NCBI GenBank assembly: GCA_016204465.1
Contig: JACQKQ010000033.1
Span: 858 to 64,857 of the forward strand
DNA length: 64,000 nt
Source of the DNA: Candidatus Levyibacteriota bacterium
GTDB lineage: Bacteria; Patescibacteriota; Microgenomatia; Levybacterales; UBA12049
Direction of reading: 5' to 3'
Shown here in pieces: positions 48,021 to 57,542 of this stretch (the first letter of the stretch is position 1; every line of letters starts with the position of its first letter). The position numbers and the translations under genes are program-made. The notes below the pieces were generated by a model. It was not told the DNA's origin. It searched no databases and saw only the letters and a list, made by a program, of their open reading frames with translations.

Positions 48021-48692
48021 ATGGTGAGCATGATTTTTATTGTCGAGGACGATTCGGGGTTGCAAAAATACCTTAAGGAGTTAGTTTTGGATAACGGGTA
48101 CGCTGTGCAAACTGCAGCAGATGGTATTACCGCACTCAACATGCTCAAAAAAACAGAGCCAGACGTTCTTGTCCTTGATTTAGGCTTGCCAAACTTAAGC
48201 GGCGAGACAGTATGTCTTGAAGTTAGAAAACGCTATCCGGAGCTTCCTATTCTTATTCTTACCGCGCGCGATGCAGTTTCAGACATTGTACAAGGGCTTA
48301 ATCTTGGCGCGGACGACTATATGACAAAGCCGTTTGTAGCAGACGAGTTTTTAGCGCGCATTAAAGCAAGGCTTCGCGGGAAAAATGGTGCAGACACAAA
48401 ATTAAAGGTAAACGACTTAGAGCTTGACAATAAGACCTTAGAAGTGAAGCGAAACGGGAAAACAATGACGCTTACGCCAAAAGAGTTTCAGCTCTTAAGA
48501 TACCTAATGAGCAACAAGGGCCGCATTTTAACGCGGGAGATGATCTTAAACCGCATTTGGCTCTACTCGCCGGACATCGAAACGCGCGTTGTCGACGTGT
48601 ATATGGGTTATTTACGAAAAAAAGTTGATAACGGCCACGACAAGAAGCTTATTCACTCGGTCCGCGGCTTTGGCTATACAATTCGGGAGTAG
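48021..48692 (+). CDS. OmpR/PhoB-family response regulator
   Basis: IVEDD, VLDLGLP, GADDYMTKPF, LTPKEFQLL, SVRGFGY. Confidence 0.95.
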   Translation: MVSMIFIVEDDSGLQKYLKELVLDNGYAVQTAADGITALNMLKKTEPDVLVLDLGLPNLSGETVCLEVRKRYPELPILILTARDAVSDIVQGLNLGADDYMTKPFVADEFLARIKARLRGKNGADTKLKVNDLELDNKTLEVKRNGKTMTLTPKEFQLLRYLMSNKGRILTREMILNRIWLYSPDIETRVVDVYMGYLRKKVDNGHDKKLIHSVRGFGYTIRE

Positions 48693-49502
48693 TTATCTTT
48701 GCTTATCTTTCTCTCTGCGCCTCGCAAGATTTTTTAGCTCGCGTGGGGACATACCATGTGTTACTGCATCAAGATAATATTGACGATATTTGGGGTTATT
48801 GCTCAAAAAATCTTCTAATAAACTAATTGCCGCTAATGTTCGTATCTCTATAATTTCTCCTGTTCTTCGAAGCCTTAGCAAGTCATCGAGAGTTCGCCAT
48901 TGCAGAGTAAAGGGCATAATATTTTCTTGCGGATCGAGTTCTTGTTCGGTTGCGCCAGATTCATTGTACGGAATCATATAAAGAATAAATGTTACCTTAT
49001 CAGGGGATAACGACACATCTCTTAAAGCAACGCCAATTTTCTCTCCTGGGTCGTCTGTTTCAATACCAGCTTCTTCCCTTAATTCTCTTCTGCCGGCTTC
49101 GTTGATGCTCTCGCCTGTAGATTCTATACGTCCTGCTGTTTTAGGCTGTGTAGTTTTTGTGTGACCTTGAACAAAGTTGATAGTGATAAATTTTTCACCT
49201 GTGGTGAATGTCCGGGTTTCTCCAATCGTGCAAAATTCCAATCCCCTTAATTTATTTTCGCGCATTGCTACGGCAACCACGCCCGGTTGAGCATGATGCT
49301 CAAGACCAACACCTTGTATCTCATTTCCTTTTAGTATAGCTGCAAAAACAAATGCTCCATGACGATAACCTATCTCTTCGACCCCAAAAAAATTCTCACC
49401 GTCTATAACTGCATAGGGAATGCCAATAGATGTTTCTAGAACTTCTCTATCTTTCAGTGGAATATCGCTGTAAGGTATAAGCCTCGGTCCTTCGTGAAAC
49501 AT
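48693..49502 (-). CDS. NUDIX hydrolase
   Basis: GESINEAGRRELREEAG. Confidence 0.75.
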   Translation of the reverse strand: MFHEGPRLIPYSDIPLKDREVLETSIGIPYAVIDGENFFGVEEIGYRHGAFVFAAILKGNEIQGVGLEHHAQPGVVAVAMRENKLRGLEFCTIGETRTFTTGEKFITINFVQGHTKTTQPKTAGRIESTGESINEAGRRELREEAGIETDDPGEKIGVALRDVSLSPDKVTFILYMIPYNESGATEQELDPQENIMPFTLQWRTLDDLLRLRRTGEIIEIRTLAAISLLEDFLSNNPKYRQYYLDAVTHGMSPRELKNLARRREKDKQR

Positions 49503-49539
49503 AGGTAGCACAGTATAGCACAAGATGTTAGATATGATA

Positions 49540-50703
49540 CTATTTCTTGCTTTTTGGAAGTGTTATTGTAACTGTTGTCCCTTTTTTTGGCTTGCTTTTT
49601 ACCTTTATAGAACCTTTGTGCAGGGAAATGATGCTTTTGACTAAAAATAGGCCAATGCCCATACCCTCCTCGCCGACTTGGGCCTTGCGGTAATATTGCT
49701 TGAAAATATGAGGTAAATCTTCCGCAACAATTCCTTTCCCTTCGTCCTTAATTCGCACAAAAATATTTTTTACTCTTTGCCCAAGCGTTACGGTAATTGT
49801 TGTATTTGCAGGTGAAAATTTTGCTGCGTTGTCAAGAATATTACCTAATACTTGTAAAAGTTTATCGTAATCGCCAATAACTATCCCTTGACCATCGCTT
49901 AATTCATTAGTAAAATGCACAGGTCTTCCTGGGTATGTAAACGGAAAATTTGCAAGCGCACGCTCAACTAATTCCCGCATTGAAACTTCTTTCCAATGGT
50001 ATTTGAGGTGGCCTTCTTTGATGCGGTTTACCTCAAGAAACTCGTTTACTAAAAGGGTAAGACGTTGTGTTTCCCACTTCAGCTCGTCGGCCCATTTCGC
50101 CTCAACAGCTTCCTTTTCAGAAAGTTTCCGTTGGAGTAGCTGCGCGTAACCGTAAATGGTAGTAATTGGTGTACGCAGTTCGTGTGCTGCCATTGATATA
50201 AAAAGATCACGCGTTTCAAGCGCCTGACTATTTTCGTCCGTAAGCTGCGCTTTTTGAATGGCAAGGCTGGCGTACGAACCAAAGACTTTTAGTAGCCCAA
50301 GCTCTCTTTGGGAAAATTTTTGATCTCTTTTCGATACAAGCATAAGCGCGCCAGTACTTTTGTTGTGGTATGACAAGGGGATGCAGATAGCAGACTTGTA
50401 CCCCTTTCCTTTTAACTCCGGATGTGCTTTATTAAATTCTTTTTTGTAGACAACGACCGCCTTTTTCTTGGAATACGCAGTGTACGTAAATCCCTTTTTT
50501 CGTATTGTGACAACAAGTATCGAATGATTAGGGTACATTGCCACGCGTTGCAAGTCGCCATTTTGAGCCAAATAGAGGTATCCTATGTCTGCCTGCAAAA
50601 GTTTTACCGCCTCCTCGACAATAATGGTATATGTTTGCGAAAGGCTAAGCGGCGTAAGAAACTTTAATCCTGATTTACTAATATTTTCTAGAATATGCTC
50701 CAT
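49540..50703 (-). CDS. GAF-domain sensor histidine kinase
   Basis: GAF (SAICIPL...FSQREL); AAHELRTP, NILDNAAKFS, DEGKGI, GMGIGL. Confidence 0.92.
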   Translation of the reverse strand: MEHILENISKSGLKFLTPLSLSQTYTIIVEEAVKLLQADIGYLYLAQNGDLQRVAMYPNHSILVVTIRKKGFTYTAYSKKKAVVVYKKEFNKAHPELKGKGYKSAICIPLSYHNKSTGALMLVSKRDQKFSQRELGLLKVFGSYASLAIQKAQLTDENSQALETRDLFISMAAHELRTPITTIYGYAQLLQRKLSEKEAVEAKWADELKWETQRLTLLVNEFLEVNRIKEGHLKYHWKEVSMRELVERALANFPFTYPGRPVHFTNELSDGQGIVIGDYDKLLQVLGNILDNAAKFSPANTTITVTLGQRVKNIFVRIKDEGKGIVAEDLPHIFKQYYRKAQVGEEGMGIGLFLVKSIISLHKGSIKVKSKPKKGTTVTITLPKSKK

Positions 50704-50793
50704 AAAGCAGCCCAAAATGAATAAAGAAGATTATACTTTATTTATATTTTTTGTAAAGTATTTCCTTTTCTGCTGCTTAACAATGTTGCGCAT

Positions 50794-51141
50794 CTAACGT
50801 GCATGCGTATGGACGTCAGTTAAATGTGTACGTCTGTCTGTTGTTTCTGCGCTTAGTGCTGCGTCAACAAGCGATCGCAGTAAATAGAATAGCACTGCGT
50901 ACACAACAAGCGAAACTACGGCTACAATGTCAAAAAACGCCGTGTTACTTAGCGCAAGATTTGGGAACATGCCTCGAAAGGGGCTGATAAGCCCATCGCT
51001 TGCACTATACACCCACGTAACAAATGGTGTTTGGGGGTTTGCTGCCAAAAGCCGCAAGATAACACGCAGGGTAAGCATGAGTGCAATTACCGAAAATACT
51101 ACATCCGTAAGACGCAAAATAAAAGTGTATATACCAGTCAT
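50794..51141 (-). CDS. YggT-family membrane protein
   Basis: LRVILRLLAANP..PFV..VY..S..LISPFRGMFP; SD GGGGTGG. Confidence 0.8.
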   Translation of the reverse strand: MTGIYTFILRLTDVVFSVIALMLTLRVILRLLAANPQTPFVTWVYSASDGLISPFRGMFPNLALSNTAFFDIVAVVSLVVYAVLFYLLRSLVDAALSAETTDRRTHLTDVHTHAR

Positions 51142-51171
51142 AAACTATACCACCCCCTTTCTTATTCGACG

Positions 51172-51426
51172 TCATGCTGTTCTAAACGTCCTTCCGATAA
51201 GAAGCAAGAGCAATGCTCCAAGCACTGCAATAGCAAAGGACGTAAAGTTAAATCCTGTTATGCCAACGCCAAAAATAAGATCCGCTAAAAATCCTCCAAG
51301 TAATGCGCCGACAATTCCTAGTAAAATTGCTCCTAGCAAGCCTCCTCTGGAAGGAGAAGGATCAATCGCGTTTGCCACGATACCAACAAGCAAACCAAAA
51401 ATTATCCATGAAATCACATTTTCCAC
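51172..51426 (-). CDS. GlsB/YeaQ/YmgE (transglycosylase-associated) membrane protein
   Basis: WIIFGLLVGIVA, ILLGIVGALLGG, AVLGALLLL; GTG start after SD GGGGGTGA. Confidence 0.9.
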   Translation of the reverse strand: MENVISWIIFGLLVGIVANAIDPSPSRGGLLGAILLGIVGALLGGFLADLIFGVGITGFNFTSFAIAVLGALLLLLIGRTFRTA

Positions 51427-51624
51427 AGTCTCACCCCCTCTCTGCCCGCCAATAATCCCTGCCAGCAATGCTTCGCAATGCGATGCAGGCGGGGCTCCTT
51501 TGAGCCGCAGTTCAATGAAACTTTGGTGTAATGTAAGATTGGATGTTTCACAAACACACTCAAGACTAGAGAAGGTACTTAAAATAACAACTATAAATGT
51601 GTAAGGATTAAGAAAGAGGGATTT

Positions 51625-52932
51625 TCAGGAGGGGTGGACGTAAGTAATTGTTGCGATAATGTTTCCAAGAATAATAACGTAAAAGGCAATTGCTCCAACC
51701 TTTCGGAACGACTGTTGTTTGCGAAAAAGAAGAAGTACAAAAAAGGGCGCAAAGAGAGCCAAAAGGAGTATTCGAAAATATAACGGAGACAATCCAAAAG
51801 GAATTTCATACAAAAAGTGAATACTCGACAAACCGACAAATAAAAGAAAAATTAAAAAAAGCCATTGTGATTTTTCAAGCGCAGTATGCATAAACTGTGC
51901 AACAGAAAGTGCCATCAGTGGAAAAAGTGGAATAAGGTACCAGCCGGACAGACCAGTGCTTGAAAGCGAGCTAAGCATAATAAAAAAGTATACAAGAAAA
52001 GGGATTGCGACAAATTTGTTTCTTTTAATGTCTGTCAAGCTAGAAAAGAGGGCTATAAAACCAAGATAATACCAACCGTCATGCACAATTTTGTTGACAA
52101 CGACCGGCTGGGTAAAAATAAGAAAGAGGGTTTCGGGCCCAACAGGGCGACTCCCCTGCGCGCTTTGAATCGCCCAAAACAAGTTCCAGTCGTATATTTT
52201 TGCGTACAAAAGGAGTAGTGTTGCAAAAAAAAGGAAAATAGCGATGGTGACAAGCGCGTATTTTGGCTTGATCTTTTCATGGATAAAAAAGCCAAGCGCA
52301 GTGAGTAATACCGTAATGCCTAAAATTTTCGTGATAAACGACAGTCCGCAGAGTGCACCAATCAAAATTGCATGTTTTGTGTTCAGCTTATTTCCGAATT
52401 GGACAAATATATAGATCGTTCCAAGCAAAAATACTGTCAGCAGATTTTCGGCAACGACAACGCGCGTGTTCATGACAAAAATCGTTACAGTATTAAAAAT
52501 AAGCAGAGTCCAGATGGTGACTTTTTCGCCGTATACTTTTCTTCCAATAAGATAAATAAACAGGGAAGAGATAACTGAAAGAATAATGGGTACGAGGCGG
52601 ATCGTCTTAAGATCAATTTCTTTAAAAATCTCTTGCCCAAACAATAACGACCATCCGCCAACAAGAAGGCCGTAGAGCGGTGGGTGGTCAAAGTACGGCT
52701 GCACCATAGGAAAGTAGATGCCGTCAATTGTGAGGTCAAACTTTTCTGTGTACGCAGGGAATGACGACCAAGAGATCGGTACGCCGTTGGTTAAAAGGCT
52801 TACGCCAAGAAATGAATATGTATATTCATCGCTTGTAGCTCCGCGCTGGGGATACAAGGTATAGTCATCAAGGCGCAAAAGAAGGCTAAGAAAGAGGATT
52901 ATTCCAACCAGAAGTACATGGAGCTTTGTCAT
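51625..52932 (-). CDS. GT-C (ArnT/PMT-like) membrane glycosyltransferase
   Basis: SDEY, DHPPLY, many TM helices, WYLIPLFP. Confidence 0.82.
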   Translation of the reverse strand: MTKLHVLLVGIILFLSLLLRLDDYTLYPQRGATSDEYTYSFLGVSLLTNGVPISWSSFPAYTEKFDLTIDGIYFPMVQPYFDHPPLYGLLVGGWSLLFGQEIFKEIDLKTIRLVPIILSVISSLFIYLIGRKVYGEKVTIWTLLIFNTVTIFVMNTRVVVAENLLTVFLLGTIYIFVQFGNKLNTKHAILIGALCGLSFITKILGITVLLTALGFFIHEKIKPKYALVTIAIFLFFATLLLLYAKIYDWNLFWAIQSAQGSRPVGPETLFLIFTQPVVVNKIVHDGWYYLGFIALFSSLTDIKRNKFVAIPFLVYFFIMLSSLSSTGLSGWYLIPLFPLMALSVAQFMHTALEKSQWLFLIFLLFVGLSSIHFLYEIPFGLSPLYFRILLLALFAPFFVLLLFRKQQSFRKVGAIAFYVIILGNIIATITYVHPS

Positions 52933-52982
52933 ACATCATATTCTAGCAGAATGGGCTTAAATTTGATAAAATCAAAGCAGAT

Positions 52983-53056
52983 TGCCGGATCATCTAATGG
53001 TAGGATAGAGGACTCTGAATCCTTTCATCTAGGTTCGAATCCTAGTCCGGCAGCCA
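52983..53056 (+). tRNA. tRNA-Gln (anticodon CTG), CCA encoded
   Basis: Acceptor TGCCGGA/TCCGGCA, D loop TAATGGTA, anticodon arm GAGGA-CTCTGAA-TCCTT, T arm CTAGG-TTCGAAT-CCTAG. Confidence 0.96.
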
Positions 53057-53084
53057 GTAAGAATTGGAAAGAGGTTGGGAGGTA

Positions 53085-53168
53085 GCGCTTTCCGCGCCTG
53101 CTTTACACTGAGCGGAGTCGAAGTGCTCCGCGGAAAGTGCGTCAAACCTGCCTGCCGGCGAGGCAGGT
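53085..53168. repeat. Hairpin cluster with nested mini-elements downstream of the tRNA
   Basis: Stem GCGCTTTCCGCG/CGCGGAAAGTGC encloses a minus-strand CACTTCGACTCCGCTCAGTG; then ACCTGCCT-GCCGGCG-AGGCAGGT. Confidence 0.75.
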
Positions 53169-53449
53169 CCGCCTTTCTTGAAACTTGCGGACAACCGCCG
53201 GAAAAAGAAGAAGGGAAAAACGCAAAAATTTTTTAAGGAACTCAGTATTTCAAATGGCCGTCCTGGTGTGCTCAAACCCTTTCGGATCTGTCCAAAGACG
53301 GCCATTAAAAAACCGAAAGGAAAAGTTTGAGCACGGTTTTACTATATGGGGAAAAATGAAGAAAAACAAGAAAACATTGTATATCAAACTAGTAATTTAA
53401 ATCTTATTTCGCCAAGACATGAAATAAAATCTTAATTTAGAATAAAAAG

Positions 53450-53854
53450 TTACCAAGAATAGTTAAATTTCTTTAAAATTGCCCCTAAATTTTTATCTAT
53501 AATAGATTTAGCCTCTTCTTTTGTAATCGCATCTACAGCTCTTTTGTTTGCGGCTTCAGCTTCTAAATATCTCATTACTCGACTTTTTACCATAAGCATT
53601 CTATAATTATTATATATCTCTCTAAAGCAATAATTTATGGCAGAATTCCTAGCTGGATACCAACCGCTATCTATCGCTTGACTCATAAACTTCTTTTTCC
53701 AATCAGGTGTTTTTTTCTCAAGCTCGCAGTCTATAATATGAAGCGCAGTATAAAAGGCAAGAGTAACCTGCCAATCTCTATAATCACTTTTTGTATTTAA
53801 CAATAAGGAATAATTATGTTTCGCTTGCTGTTCATGTATATAAGCATCTGCCAT
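53450..53854 (-). CDS. HEPN-like domain protein
   Basis: QAKHN...DWQVTLAFYTALH...KSRVMRY; helical pattern typical of HEPN. Confidence 0.65.
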   Translation of the reverse strand: MADAYIHEQQAKHNYSLLLNTKSDYRDWQVTLAFYTALHIIDCELEKKTPDWKKKFMSQAIDSGWYPARNSAINYCFREIYNNYRMLMVKSRVMRYLEAEAANKRAVDAITKEEAKSIIDKNLGAILKKFNYSW

Positions 53855-53855
53855 T

Positions 53856-54419
53856 TTATTTTTCGAAAATTAAAACATTATCTGAATGGGTATTGAAAGA
53901 ATCTTTTAAATAATAATTAAAATTTATTGGAAGGTTTAGTATGTTTAATAATTGTTTTTCATATTCAAAAAAAATCTCATATTGCTCATCTAAAATATTT
54001 TCGCAATTAAGAACAACATCCACATTTATATAATAAGAGATTTGATTTAAATAAATTTTTTGTACCTTATCAGATAAGGAATATCTTTTAACAATTTCTA
54101 CGGACGGTCTTTTTTCTGAATCTTGATTTGGTAAAAAAGGCGAAATAACTAGTTCGTTCGCGTAGCTTAACCAAATACACGTAGGCGTATTTACTTTTTT
54201 GTGTAGATAAATCTTTGGGGTTTGAGTACTAAATTTCATATTTATTGAAATCCAAGATGGACTAAAAGATTCATCAACTAAATTATAAAGTTTATCTAAT
54301 TGAAGACTTTTAATTTTTGTAACTTGATTGCTTGAAAAAGAAACCTCTTGAGCAGTTTTATCTTTTTCTGTCAACTCATTTAATCCATCTTGTGGTTGTG
54401 TATATGTTTGGTTATACAT
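53856..54419 (-). CDS. Hypothetical protein
   Basis: 187-aa ORF overlapping the upstream gene and abutting the downstream gene. Confidence 0.7.
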   Translation of the reverse strand: MYNQTYTQPQDGLNELTEKDKTAQEVSFSSNQVTKIKSLQLDKLYNLVDESFSPSWISINMKFSTQTPKIYLHKKVNTPTCIWLSYANELVISPFLPNQDSEKRPSVEIVKRYSLSDKVQKIYLNQISYYINVDVVLNCENILDEQYEIFFEYEKQLLNILNLPINFNYYLKDSFNTHSDNVLIFEK

Positions 54420-55101
54420 AATATTTTATATTTTTTGTAATATATCTCAGCATAGAATTATAAAACTTGTTTATTTCATCATTTGTGTAAGATTTACCAT
54501 CTTCAATAATTGTATTTATGTCATTACTTATCAAAACATTTGTTTTATTTTTATCGTGTTTCTGTGCGATTATTCTAATCCAATTGTTAATACTAAATCC
54601 ATCGACAGTTTCTTTATTAAACATATGAATTTGTCCTTCTAATAGTTTCTCTTTATACTTAAATGACTTACCAAAGTAACTAAGGATATATTTAATACCA
54701 TCATCTTTTTCTAAGCTCATATCCACTATCAAACCAAGCCTATTAATACTTGCAGAAAATTTTTGCATCACAATTTCTTCAATTATCTTAATAGTTTTCA
54801 AAGTTTCTTGTGTAAATTCATTATAAAGTCTACTGCCTTGTTCTTTATTGCCGTAAAAAAAATCAATTCTTTGCGGTGCCACAATTAATGAGTATTCTTC
54901 GTTTTTACTTCTTAGAATAATTCTTGGAATATCAGAAGGAGCATCATCTGGTATTGGCATTATAAGAGGATCTCCATCTAACAAAGATAAAGATTTTTTT
55001 AAAGAATTTGCTAATTCTAGTTTATCTGTAAGATTCATTGAGGCAAGAAAGAATGCTATTCGTGCGTTTTTAACGGAATTCATAATGATTACTGCCTCCA
55101 T
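54412..55101 (-). CDS. Hypothetical protein, possibly TIGR04255-like
   Basis: PIPDDAPSDIPRIIL...PQRIDF...INRLGL...NDINT; start 55101 or 55083. Confidence 0.6.
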   Translation of the reverse strand: MEAVIIMNSVKNARIAFFLASMNLTDKLELANSLKKSLSLLDGDPLIMPIPDDAPSDIPRIILRSKNEEYSLIVAPQRIDFFYGNKEQGSRLYNEFTQETLKTIKIIEEIVMQKFSASINRLGLIVDMSLEKDDGIKYILSYFGKSFKYKEKLLEGQIHMFNKETVDGFSINNWIRIIAQKHDKNKTNVLISNDINTIIEDGKSYTNDEINKFYNSMLRYITKNIKYYV

Positions 55102-55175
55102 TTGGATTATAATGGTGTCAAAGACACAAGTCAATTAGAATGATTTATACCGCGAGTGAAATCAGAAAATAAATT

Positions 55176-55904
55176 ATGGATTTTAAGTTTGAAAGAACAA
55201 GAGTAGATAAAATTCCAAGAGAGAAAATTATTGATGAGCTTGCAAAGGTATCAGAAACATATAATCATACTCGTTTTACCTCGAAAGAATTTCTAAGAAA
55301 TGCCTCTATTGGTCATCAAACAGTATTTCGAGAGTTTGTAACCTGGGATGCGGCGATGGATTGTTTAACAGATTATTTGAAACAAAAAAATATTACACTA
55401 AAACCAAGAACAAAACCAAAAAGAAAAGACGCTTACACCCAAAAACAAATTTTTGATGAGATGCAAAGAATTTGGAGCCAAATTGGACATCGCCCTTCAA
55501 AAATAGAATGGGAACAGACAAATCCTAAAATAAATTACAACACAGTCAGACGCCATTTTAATGGATGGACGAACGCTTGTCTAAGATTTATTGAGTACAT
55601 AACAGGTGAAAATAATATTGTTGAAAATATTGATGCTTCGGTAGAAAAAATAAATATGGATAAAAACAGGATTATATATAAACCAGAAGATAATAGAACA
55701 ATTCCATTAGGTACAAGATTAAAAATCTTAGCAAGAGATAATTTTCGTTGTGTATATTGTGGCAAAAGTCCGTCTACAGATATTGGTACAAAACTTCATA
55801 TTGATCATATCATTCCATTTTCGAAAGGTGGAAAAAGTATAGAAGAAAATTTGCAAACATTATGTTTGGAGTGTAATTTTGGAAAGAGCAATAAAAGAAT
55901 ATAG
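55176..55904 (+). CDS. HNH endonuclease with two N-terminal homing-endonuclease-associated repeats
   Basis: Repeats ending REFVTWDAA and RHFNGWTNA; RDNFRCVYCG, LHIDHIIPFSKGG, NLQTLCLECNFGK. Confidence 0.9.
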   Translation: MDFKFERTRVDKIPREKIIDELAKVSETYNHTRFTSKEFLRNASIGHQTVFREFVTWDAAMDCLTDYLKQKNITLKPRTKPKRKDAYTQKQIFDEMQRIWSQIGHRPSKIEWEQTNPKINYNTVRRHFNGWTNACLRFIEYITGENNIVENIDASVEKINMDKNRIIYKPEDNRTIPLGTRLKILARDNFRCVYCGKSPSTDIGTKLHIDHIIPFSKGGKSIEENLQTLCLECNFGKSNKRI

Positions 55905-55932
55905 AAAGTGGATTTGCTATACTATCTTCATC

Positions 55933-56832
55933 ATGCCAGATATTGAGCCAGGATATATTCCTCCTTCCACTGATAAACCAACCCCTTTTCCTGTAAGAAA
56001 AAATCTATCGGAAGATCCAAAACCAAAAGTAGAACCACTAACTGGCGAAGAGACTGCAAAAGTTATTGCAGAAATGTATGACATACTTGGCCCCACAAAT
56101 GGATGTATATTGGTAAATCCTAACACAGTGCTTGCAGTAGCAGGGTTAAAGGGAAATGCAGACCTACCTTCTCCATTGCTTAACGATGAAGAAGCAGAGA
56201 AAATTGATATGCTGAATAGGCAAATGGAATCTCATGGAGTACATCTAGGATATCCTCGTAATTATAGAGAAAGGCTAGTAACACAACTTAGTTTTGAAAG
56301 TCTTCGAGGCATAGAATATAAATCACGACAAACAAAACTCCCAGGTTACTTTCCGTATGATAGTGGTACTGGCAGACAGGGATTACGTGAATGGCAAATG
56401 AGAGTCCAAAGAAACATACGAAAGATAAATAGAGATGGAAGACTCTCTGATGAAACAGTAGGTATTTATGATGACGGGGTCAGACTTGGGTATCCTGATC
56501 AAGCAATCAGAGACTTTGCTGATTGGTATGAAGAAGGTACACAGGATCATAGTAAGTTAACAGAAGCAGATATATTATCAGTAAACACATATGCGCAACA
56601 ATACAAAGGTAATGTTCCTGAATTTGATTACTATCCATCATCAGCAGAAAATCCAGAAATACAAGAATATATTAGAAAAGCACGAGAAACACTTGATGGG
56701 TTTTACAAAAGTGAGTGGCACATAAAAACAGCCCAAGATCCAAGTTTTCTTGCCGCAAGGAAAGAAAGAGATGAAAGACATGAACGTAATGTAGCGCACT
56801 TGCAAACAGAAAGAGAACAAAAAAGACAATAA
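55933..56832 (+). CDS. Hypothetical protein
   Basis: 299-aa ORF; GVRLGYPDQAI motif; no family recognised. Confidence 0.75.
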   Translation: MPDIEPGYIPPSTDKPTPFPVRKNLSEDPKPKVEPLTGEETAKVIAEMYDILGPTNGCILVNPNTVLAVAGLKGNADLPSPLLNDEEAEKIDMLNRQMESHGVHLGYPRNYRERLVTQLSFESLRGIEYKSRQTKLPGYFPYDSGTGRQGLREWQMRVQRNIRKINRDGRLSDETVGIYDDGVRLGYPDQAIRDFADWYEEGTQDHSKLTEADILSVNTYAQQYKGNVPEFDYYPSSAENPEIQEYIRKARETLDGFYKSEWHIKTAQDPSFLAARKERDERHERNVAHLQTEREQKRQ

Positions 56833-56889
56833 TAGTCTTGATATTATTTTATTCTCTAGAGAACAAAACTTTTACTTTTGGAAAATCCA

Positions 56890-57190
56890 TTATGGTTGAA
56901 AACCAAGTCTTCGTACTTCGGGAGAATGTTTTAACAAAAATTCTGTATCCATCGGGAGCCAATGACCTGCTTTCTGAGACTCTTGCCGTCTTATATGATA
57001 CGTGCTACTTAAGAAATTCAAAACGTCACGGCCACTAAATCCCGCAGCTTCCAGTCGTGTTGCAACTGCTGTAAGATCAGCATCGCCCAAAACATCAGTC
57101 CTCCCAATTTGTTTTCCAAGTTTCCCTGCCAGCATTGTTATAATTGTTTCTATATCTTGTCGTTTTGGCGGTAAAATATCAAATATTCAT
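56890..57190 (-). pseudogene. Small hypothetical gene, possibly frameshifted near its start
   Basis: ATG at 57190 reads MNI-stop; the long frame (FDILPPKRQ...MLAGK...) is offset by 1 nt. Confidence 0.3.
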
Positions 57191-57252
57191 ATTGTAATAA
57201 TGATCTCTTTTATGCTATTGCAAACGAATAAAAACCTTTGTATAGTGTACCT

Positions 57253-57507
57253 ATGCTTACACAAGATGATCTATCATCAATTCAAAAACTCGTAAAAAAA
57301 GAGGTGCAAGGCGTTGAAGAACGAATAGGCACAAAAATAGATGGATTTGGGGAAGCACTAAATGGAGTTGCGGAAGCACTAGAGGCAAAAATAGCTAAGG
57401 TGCAAGAAACAGCTGATATTATTCAGGAAGTCATGGTGAAACACCACACGGCACTTGAACAACGAGTGACAAATTTAGAAGAAAAACTCCACAGTTCGGG
57501 TAATTGA
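57253..57507 (+). CDS. Small coiled-coil hypothetical protein
   Basis: MLTQDDLSSIQKLV...LEQRVTNLEEKL; TATAGT 6 nt before the ATG. Confidence 0.75.
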   Translation: MLTQDDLSSIQKLVKKEVQGVEERIGTKIDGFGEALNGVAEALEAKIAKVQETADIIQEVMVKHHTALEQRVTNLEEKLHSSGN

Positions 57508-57542
57508 TTTCTCCTTTATCATCTCTGCTATAATAGCCGCGT

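Noticed and set aside
53042-53400. ORFs 53042-53305 (-) and 53185-53400 (+)
   Set aside because: They overlap the tRNA end and hairpin elements; peptides such as PASPAGR and FDSAQCK are translations of those elements.
53057-57200. Intact integrative element or prophage at tRNA-Gln
   Set aside because: No integrase and no duplicated tRNA 3' end found by eye; only composition and gene content suggest an island.
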